Assembly: GCA_964016885.1 (NCBI GenBank)
Contig: OZ024741.1
Span: 406,224,001 to 406,288,000 of the forward strand
DNA length: 64,000 bases
From: Eledone cirrhosa
Taxonomy: Eukaryota
Direction: 5' to 3'
The notes beneath the pieces were generated by a model, which searched no databases, was not told the DNA's origin, and saw nothing but the letters and a program-made list of their open reading frames with translations. The position numbers and the translations under genes are program-made. This document shows, in pieces, positions 55,756 to 64,000 of the stretch (position 1 is the stretch's first letter; each line of letters begins with the position of its first letter).

Positions 55756-55909
55756 GTTCCCCTAGTAAAAGAATATATTTATTGGAATTTACAGTTCAAA
55801 GGAGCCTGAGCCTTCTACTTATGTAGCGGCTTCGTCGTCATACACAGCATATGTAGGTCATTTTAAACTTAGTGGGGCTCAACTTTCTCCTGGTCTGAGC
55901 AAACTAGTT

Positions 55910-55934
55910 TACTACTACTAAAACTACTAACTAC

Positions 55935-55965
<31 letters not shown>

Positions 55966-56032
55966 AATGGAGATGCTGCTGCTGCTGCTACTACTACTAT
56001 TACTACTGTTACAACTACTACTGTTACTCTTG

Positions 56033-56109
<77 letters not shown>

Positions 56110-56225
56110 GCTGCTATTACTACTACTGTTACTATTGCTATTACTACTAACATCCTGCAGCCACAATCATTACTACGACTACGACCTCCACTTCTCTCCA
56201 TTTCATCATCATCATTATGACCACC
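55910..56225. repeat. Compound trinucleotide microsatellite (GAT/GCT/ACT)n
   Basis: Directly visible. Confidence 0.95.
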
Positions 56226-56228
56226 ACC

Positions 56229-56440
56229 GCGGTGGATTAGCAGTATAGGTAGATAGTCTGACACCATGCTTTGAAGCATAGAGTTACGGCCCTTTGCGGT
56301 CTGATTTCAAATCCCGCCGAGATTAACTTTGCCTTTCATCCTTTCGGGTCGATAAAATAAAGTACCAGTAACGTACTGGGGTCAATTTAATCGACTTTCC
56401 CCTCCCCCCAAAATTGCTGGCCTTGTGCCTATACTAGAAA
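56229..56440 (+). mobile_element. MetaSINE-like SINE, full length
   Basis: Head, ttcaaatcccgccgag, core and tail. Confidence 0.85.
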
Positions 56441-56479
56441 TCATCATCATCACCACCACCACTACTACCAGCTAGAAAG

Positions 56480-56842
56480 GTCTGTCTCCAGCCCTGGGGC
56501 TCATTAGGCCGGTGGTTATACCTGTCTCCGTGGCATTAAGCGAATGAGAGTACAATACTTCCCCCCCCCCCTGGACAGGACGCCATGCCATCGCAGGGTT
56601 AAGCTATTGCTAGTACTTATTTTCAGCTGAGTATACTGGAGCAACGTGAAAGTGTTGTGATCAAGAACACAACACAGAACCCAGTCCAGGAATCGAACCC
56701 ACGACATTATGATCGTAAATGCAACCCCCTTACCAGTGGAACAACGTGAAATGAAGTGTTTTGTTCAAGAACACAACACATCACCCAGTCTAGAAATCGA
56801 ACCCATGACATTATGATCGTAAGTGCAACACCTTTACCACTT
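56480..56842 (-). mobile_element. CORE-type SINE with duplicated head
   Basis: caacgtgaa..aagaacacaac..aatcgaaccc segment occurs twice. Confidence 0.7.
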
Positions 56843-57384
56843 ACCATTATCACCGATAATAAAAATCGTGTTGAGAATTTCTATCTGACAGATGATGTTT
56901 TAAGCCCTTAAGTTGTTTATCTCAACACTTATATCAAATATGTCGACCCTGTTATGACAAGGCCGAGATATACAAGTTATTTTTATTGCAGAAGTTTAAT
57001 TAAAATGTTTTTTAAAATGTTCATGTTTTCTAAAGATATTTTTCATGTTATGATGTTACGGGGAGGAAGTTGTGCTGTAAATAATAATAATTTTATAAAT
57101 AGAAAAAAAAATTAAAGCAATTTTATCTTTTATATTAAGTTGACTCATAACATTTAATCTCCCCAAGCGGCTTTTCTTTTACTCTAGACTTTAATCAAAA
57201 TATCTTTCTGTCCTAAATTATATTTATATATATATTGTTTAACTTGGATTTGTAAAAAGATATATTGGATAATGTAGTAAATATCCATTTGGTAGAGATT
57301 CATGCTGGCTGGGCGAAATTATTAACTCAGGTTAAACCAACGAGACAAGACTATATACGCGGACATTGAACCTGATATATAAAT

Positions 57385-57750
57385 AATTGTTTCTACTTTT
57401 GGCACAAGGCCAACAAATACCCAGTACATTACTGGTACTTTATTTTATCGACCCCGTAAGGATGAAAGGCAAAGTTAACCTCGGCGGGATTTGAACTCAG
57501 AATGGCAAGGGCCGTAACTGTATGCGCCAAAGCATGGCGCCGACCCTCTACCGACACTGCCAATCCACTGCCAGTATATAAATAATTGTTTCTACTTTAG
57601 GCACAAGGCCAGCAATTACCCAGTGCATTACTGGTACTTTATTTTATCGACCCCGTAAGGATGAAAGGCGAAGTCAACCTCGGCAGGATTTGAACTCAGA
57701 TAGTAAAGGGACGTAACTATGCTGGAAAGCATGGCGTTCGACCCTCTAGC
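57385..57750 (-). mobile_element. Two tandem MetaSINE-like SINEs
   Basis: Both begin with tatataaataattgtttctacttt and carry the core. Confidence 0.85.
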
Positions 57751-57791
57751 AATGTTATCACAATAGTAAGAAACAGACCCATATAGTTATG

Positions 57792-57792
<1 letters not shown>

Positions 57793-57822
<30 letters not shown>

Positions 57823-57900
57823 CTTCGTAGTCGTCGTGGTCGTCCACTTATTCCTGAGAGGGTCGTGGTTGACACAGTCCTCAAACACTCCCTCCAGCGT
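57793..57900 (-). mobile_element. RTE LINE extreme 3' end with (GAA)n tail
   Basis: Reverse complement resembles 7570-7632. Confidence 0.65.
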
Positions 57901-58144
57901 GGTGGTGGTGGTGGTAGTGGTGATGGTGGGGGGTGATGGTGTGGTGGGGTTGATGGTGGGGTGAGGGTACGGGGTGGGTGGGTATCAGTTAACAACCATG
58001 TCAGTATTGATTACATATTTCAGCCAGGACAATCCTGTGTTATTTTCATCTAAGAAATCGTGTATCTAACATTACAATGTTTTACCATAATATTAGGTGT
58101 CACCTTATTTTCAAAATGGTTGCAAAATATGATTTAAAGGGTTG

Positions 58145-58700
58145 AGTGGTGACATAGATTTGGAAGTGGAAACTAAAATAAGGTAACATATCTTAGCAAT
58201 TCAAAAGAAATCTAGCAATTTCCTGAAGCTGGTGCAGTAATCAGAAGGGAAGTTGGTGTAAAAGCCAAACTCTCTATCTTCAATTCGCTATTCGTGCCAA
58301 TATTTACCTATGGTCGGGAATCTTGGGTAATAACTGAAATAATACGATCGTGGATATAAGCAGCCGAAATGGGGTTCCTCAAAAGTTTGTTGGCGTAACG
58401 TTACTCAATAGAGTGTGTAACTCGGAGATCAGAGTGTCACTCCAGGTAGAGTCGCTACTTCTCCGAATTGAGGGATTACAGCTCTGATAGTACAGGCATG
58501 TGGTTAGAATGTCTCAGGAAAGAATCACTGGACAAAATTTACGGGAAAATCTAACCGGCAAGAGACCCAGAGGTAGATCCCGAGCAAGATATTTGGATAA
58601 CATCCATGAGCTTGGATGGTCTCACTTGGGGACCCAGCCGGATCAGCTGGAGACGGTTGCTTCTGACAGGACCCGCTAGAGGAAGAGTTTCAGGACTCTG
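58145..58700 (+). mobile_element. RTE-clade LINE 3' fragment (degenerate)
   Basis: KAKLSIFNSLFVPIFTYGRESWV...AAEMGFL...TGKRPRGRSRARYLDNI. Confidence 0.8.
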
Positions 58701-59456
58701 ATAAAATGCCTACTACTGATGTAAACCATTTCTTCTTTTGGGGTAAATGTATTCGATGTTCATAGAGTGGGACTGGCTCCGTGTAAAGCCTTTCCTCACT
58801 TAACAAATCTTCAAACACAGGCATCACTTGATATGTGACATTTTCTGAGATGCATGGTATTGCTGGCCATAGGCAAGTCTCTAGCAGGACAAAGAACCTA
58901 CGTCTGTGATGCTCATACTTAAGTATCAAGTGATAGCATTACTGGCGAAATCAAATAACAGCCATCATCATCATGTATGTATGTATGTTCCAATTATGTG
59001 ACAGTGCTGCACCTGTATTGCTGAAAAGTTAAATTGGAAGGCTTCTCTTGACGGTGAAGGTCATACGGTCTATTTATTTACCCTTCACTGAAATTCCACA
59101 TCTTGAGTGAATCATCATTCCTAGAGGAATCGTCGGTATCTTCATGAAAGTAATTTATCCTAACGCGATTATATATAGGTGGCAACAGCATGATCTCACC
59201 AAATGACTAAGACATTATTTTCACAACGATCAGGTCCGGGCTTAATCGCACAGCACGGCATCTTGGGAATCTTGAGAAATGGTTAATTTACCATAGTATC
59301 AGGTCGACACAATGCTCATAAATTACTCCTATCAGAGCTGAACTGGGCAACAACAACAGCAACTGGTGTCGGCTTTGTTGATGGGTTTCTCTTTAACGTT
59401 GGTATGGCACATAGAAAAGGAAATTCTACAAAACTTTATTATATACGAAAAGTAGA

Positions 59457-60288
59457 GCGCTGGATTGGTAATAATCGGTAGAGCATCATACAACATGCTT
59501 TGTAACATACAGGTACGTCTTTTTATGTTCTGAGGTCAAATCCTGCTGAGGTTAGCTTTGCCTCTTATCCTTACGGGGTTGATAAAATAAAGTACCAGTA
59601 ATGCACTGGGGTGATTTAATCGACTTTCCCCTCTCCCAAAATTGTTGGCCTTGTGCTTAAATCAGAAACCATTATATGATTTCTCTGTGGAATCGTGGAT
59701 TAGCGTTAATTGGTAGAGCATCGGATAACATGTTTTGTGGTATATAGCAACGGCTCGTTACCTTCTGAGTTCAAATCTCGCCATGTTTAGCTTTGCTTTT
59801 CATCCTTAATGTGAAGGCGCATGGCTTAGTGGTTAGAGCATTGGGCTTGCAATCGAAAGGCTGTGAGTTCAATTCTCTGTGTTGTTTTCTTGATCAAGAC
59901 ACTTTATTTCACGTTGCTCCAGTTTAATCAGCTGTACAAATGAGATGACAGGACTGGGGTCCCTATCATTAAATCTCCCAAGACACCTCCACCGAGATAT
60001 ACCTTGGAGGAGGTCAGCTAAACCTGCATAGGTGTGAGCTGTCACACACACACACACACACACACTTACTGGATCGATAAAATAAAGTACCAATTACGTA
60101 CTTGAGACAATATAATCGACCTTCCCCTCCTCCTAAATTGTTTGCTTTGTGTCTAAATCAGAAACCATTATTGAGTTCAAATCCCGCCGAGGTTAACTTT
60201 GCCTTTCATCCTTAAGGGGTCGATAAAATAAAGTACCAGTAATACATTGGGTAATTGCTGGCCTTATGCCAAAAGTAGAAACCAATAT
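59457..60288 (+). mobile_element. Nested SINE cluster: CORE SINE (from 59813) interrupting a MetaSINE-like copy, plus flanking copies
   Basis: MetaSINE core breaks at tttcatcctt (59807) and resumes at gatcgataaaataaagtacc (60072). Confidence 0.7.
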
Positions 60289-61333
60289 TTAGGAAAAGTG
60301 AATGTATGTATTTCAAAGAAGATATGACAAAAATGAAACAAAAGGGTTTATATAGAAACAAAGGACATGACTTTATTCACCAAAACTCTGTAGCATTAAG
60401 AACAAAGGAACGGTAAAATGATGCTATAAAGCATTGTTCCACGTAAATAGTGACTGAGATAGAAGTAGGTGAAATATATTTTAGTTTAAAAGGATTGGAG
60501 AGTGGAATATATGAGAAGGTAACAATATTTTAATGAAAGGACAGGTTTAAAAAATCTATGTTTCCTCAAATGTAAAGCTATATCATTTATAAGATACTTG
60601 CAGAAAAACCACGCTTCAGGTGGTTCTTCTGCTAACATGTGTAGTGTGCATATTGATATTATACGCAGGTATAATAACATGTAGATATGATACATCAAAT
60701 AAAATTGTAATTGACAATATACACAAAAATTGAACGAAGACTACGTTACACTGTCTTATGTAATCAGTAACGTAATCCATGATACATTAAAAAAAGACGA
60801 TATTATATATAAACTGCATTAGGAGAAAATTAATGACGGAAATATAAGAATGTTTATTTAAGCGATCGCTAACCAGAAGTGTTAACATTTGAAAATTTTA
60901 AATAAGTGAATCTTAAAATAAGCAACAAAATTATTTATATTTAATCAAGAATAACGAAATTTAGTAGATAAATTATGTTATATTCATCCTTACGGGGTCG
61001 ATAAAATAAAGTACCAGTAATGCACTGGTTAATTGCTGGCCTTGTGCCTAAAGTAGAAACAATTATTTATTCAAAGTAATCCAACTTATTTTACAAACGG
61101 GATAAAAAAATATATATTCTGGACGCAGTCTCGCACTCCTTACTTTATTATAGTTTAGATTTCATGACGTTTATGACCTTTTATCAATCGGGATTTCCTA
61201 CAGGAATCCAAACGCGTGAAAGCAGCGTTTCTCATCTGTGAACGGGACGAGCAAATTACTATAATAAAATTTAATTTTTTATTTCTTTTTAATAGCCATA
61301 ATACTATTGTAAAAACTGTGTATCATAATTCTA

Positions 61334-61532
61334 TACGAGAGTCGGCTGAAAGGTTCATAGGCTGACCAAGATACTTTCATGGAATGACCAAATGGGGTTT
61401 ATTTTTCAACATAGTCCTTAGAAAGAAACAATGCAGTTATTAATGAGAGTTGAATTAAATGTATGCAAGATTTCACAGCTCTAGCATCACTCGTTCATAT
61501 TTAGCCTATGAATTGTTCAGTCTACCCTCGTG
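61334..61532. mobile_element. Tc1/mariner-type MITE
   Basis: Imperfect ~30-bp TIRs tacgagagtcggctgaaaggttcataggctga / ttagcctatgaattgttcagtctaccctcg; TA context; further copies 61545-61778. Confidence 0.75.
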
Positions 61533-62117
61533 TATATATATTCTTTCCAGGACTATGTTGAAAAATAAACCTCATTTGGTCATTCCATGAGATTATCTTG
61601 GTCAGCCTATGAAGGAGTGATGCTAGAGCTGGGAAATCTTGCATGAATTTATTTCAACTCTTCTTAATGATAATTGCATTGTTTCTTTTCCAGGGACTAT
61701 GTTGAAAGAGGAATCTCATTTGGTCATTCCATGAGAATATCTTGGTCAGCCTATCAACTTCTCAGGCGACCCTCGTATTTACCTCCATTAAAAAGTAAAA
61801 ATTTAAACGGCTCCCAAGTGCAACAACCTCTCTAAAGTAAAGTACAAACTTGTATCTTGTTGGCTGGGAACAAGAGCCAATATCCAGCTGATGTTTTGCT
61901 AAAGGCGTGAGATTGTAGTTTTATCAATTATTGTCAATAGGGAAACGAAGCCAGAAAGTACTTCTGTAGGAAATTGAATAATTGACAGAGATAGGAAGCT
62001 AGAGAGAGTGTATCATTCAATTGCTGTCATGTGTTCAACAGCTAAATATATTTATCGTAACTCTGAATTAAATTAAATAATCCGCAAAATCAAATAAATT
62101 AATAGATATTTATATTG

Positions 62118-62590
62118 TTGGCACAAGGCCAGCAATTTGAAAGGAAGGGGAAACTCGATTAAATTCTACCCCCGGTGTATTACTGGTACTTTATTTTATT
62201 GACCCGGTAAGGATGAAAGGCAAAGGTAACCTCGGCGGGATTTGAACTTAAAACGTAAAAAGTCGTAACTCTATGCCATAAAGCATGTTATCCGACGCTC
62301 TACCGATTCTGCCAATCCATCGCATTGATGTAATAAATAATGGTTTCTGGTTTAGACACAAGGTCAACAATTTGGAGGGACGGAAAGTCGATTATATCGA
62401 TCCCAATGTATTACTGGTACTTTATTTTATCGACCCCGTAAGGATGAAAGGCAAAGTTAACCTTGGCAGGACTTCAACTCAGAATGTAAAGAGACAGAAC
62501 AAATACTGCTAAGTATTTTGTATCACTAAATAACTTTGTGTTGCAACGCATCTTGTCCGGCGCTCTACCGATTACTGCTAATTCACCGTG
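62118..62590 (-). mobile_element. Two MetaSINE-like SINEs
   Basis: Conserved core and B-box on the minus strand. Confidence 0.85.
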
Positions 62591-62927
62591 CTCATGTAAT
62601 AAATGTTTCCTTATTTGGTGTCAAATTACTTGATTAGGAGTGGATTTCACTGGAATCTCACAGCCAAACGAAGAACATAGCAATGTTCCATTAGAGACAC
62701 GTTTAAAAATATCTTGTATTTATAATTGGTAAGATATTGTTTGTCTTAATACTAATATCAGAGTTTAACTAGGCTCCATGCTAACAATATTTTGTTTCAT
62801 GTTCGTCCTCCATGCCAAGCTAATTGCAATTAGTAAAGGCAGATTTCCTGTTATTACTAGCTAGACACTGATACCTTTGAAATTCCTTCTCATTTTCATG
62901 CCAACAGCAAGAAAGATTTAATTCAGC

Positions 62928-63278
62928 ATACTCTCACGTCTTCAATAATAATCACCCCCCCCCCCCCCCACTGCTTTTGTTCCAAACCCAACCCCACTTA
63001 TTAAATCTTGCTAATCTATCTCTGGCGAAATGTTATTGTAAGTGATTCATATTGATACAGCAGTAGGAGAGTATAATAGTTATTTTATTTTACATTAAAA
63101 CAACATTATATATGACAAAAAAAGAATATTACAAGAAATCCCATATTTACGAACGTACCCTTTACAATTACTGATTTCCCAAACTCCTCTCATATAAGAA
63201 TTTAAGCAAATGTGCGACCACACCCCATCCCGTTTATTCCACACCCACCCCATCCCCTTATTTTGGACCCGAGAGTAT
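62928..63278. mobile_element. Diverged MITE related to 10255-10794
   Basis: Shared ttattaaat..taatctatctc, aagaaatccca and terminal acccgagagtat. Confidence 0.5.
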
Positions 63279-63370
63279 ATACAAAAAATTGTGGTGGTTT
63301 TTCCCTGTTTGACTGATGACGCACTATCTCTCTCTCTCTCTCTCTGGTGTGTTATCTTTTCTACATATTG

Positions 63371-63445
<75 letters not shown>

Positions 63446-63598
63446 TACACGGGTGTGTATGATTGTGTATAGAAGGTTATATTAATAAAAGGAATTCCAA
63501 CTTTGTCTGATTTACTCGTTTTATTTACAATCCTTTAAAATTTATAATGCGATTAGAATGAAATAGTATGGTAGAATATTAAATGTTAAGTGTTAATT

Positions 63599-63635
63599 GA
63601 ACAAGTACTTTCATGCTTTCGCAATCTTCAGGTTC
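63599..63635 (-). ncRNA. Minimal type-I hammerhead ribozyme
   Basis: Minus strand GAAC-CTGAAGA-T-TGC-GAAA-GCA-T-GAAA-GTAC-TT-GTTC; palindromic stem III AGTACT. Confidence 0.85.
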
Positions 63636-63710
63636 GTAATGTGTGGTGACAGTCAAGTTTGCAATTTTCAACAGTTGAAAATTGCAAACTTGACTGTCAC
63701 CACTGAATAT

Positions 63711-63747
63711 GAACCTGAAGATTTCAAAAGCATGAAAGTACTTGTTC
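63711..63747 (+). ncRNA. Minimal hammerhead ribozyme, stem II mutated
   Basis: GAAC-CTGAAGA-TTTCAAAAGCAT-GAAA-GTAC-TT-GTTC. Confidence 0.65.
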
Positions 63748-63900
63748 AATTAACACTTAACATTTAATATTCTACCATACTATTTCATTCTAATAGCATT
63801 ATAAATTTTAAAGGATTGTAAATAAAACGAGTAAATCAGACAAAGTTGGAATTCCTTTTATTAATATAATCTTCTATACACAATCATACACACCCGTGTA

Positions 63901-63931
<31 letters not shown>

Positions 63932-64000
63932 GAATAAAAATAGACCAAGGGATAAAATGTTCTCATCAGTAGTCTGCTGATTATCGTTGGTATTTCGACG

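Larger units (their letters stand above)
63441..63905. mobile_element. Palindromic PLE pseudo-LTR insertion (~230-bp arms, centre 63673)
   Basis: Arms reverse-complementary with a 1-nt spacer; (TA)n both sides; one HHR per arm. Confidence 0.85.

Noticed and set aside
63960-63975. CTGATGAG on the minus strand near the window end
   Set aside because: No stem II or GAAA follows before the (TA)n tract

Overview
Eukaryotic, AT-rich, repeat-saturated non-genic or intronic DNA. The SINE families, (TA)n/(CA)n density and LINE fragments suggest an octopus or other cephalopod genome (inference). No host protein-coding gene can be supported, and nearly all long ORFs in the track are translations of microsatellites or satellites. 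Contents: more than 25 tRNA-derived SINE copies (MetaSINE-like and CORE-like); 3' fragments of RTE, CR1/L2 and CRE-clade LINEs; Tc1/mariner-type MITEs; several minisatellites; an 11.2-kb 17-bp satellite with higher-order structure; and many Penelope-like element (PLE) fragments nested in (TA)n tracts. The main hidden signal is RNA-level. Reading both strands by eye gives 13 complete type-I hammerhead ribozyme (HHR) folds from 8 unrelated sequence families, plus 2 degenerate ones, in the PLE pseudo-LTR pieces. They include minimal forms with palindromic stem III, a U3-A8 covariant core, A3 and A4 core variants, a recurrent U.U pair at the base of stem II, and inverted pairs. All folds were assigned manually and none has been computationally or experimentally validated.
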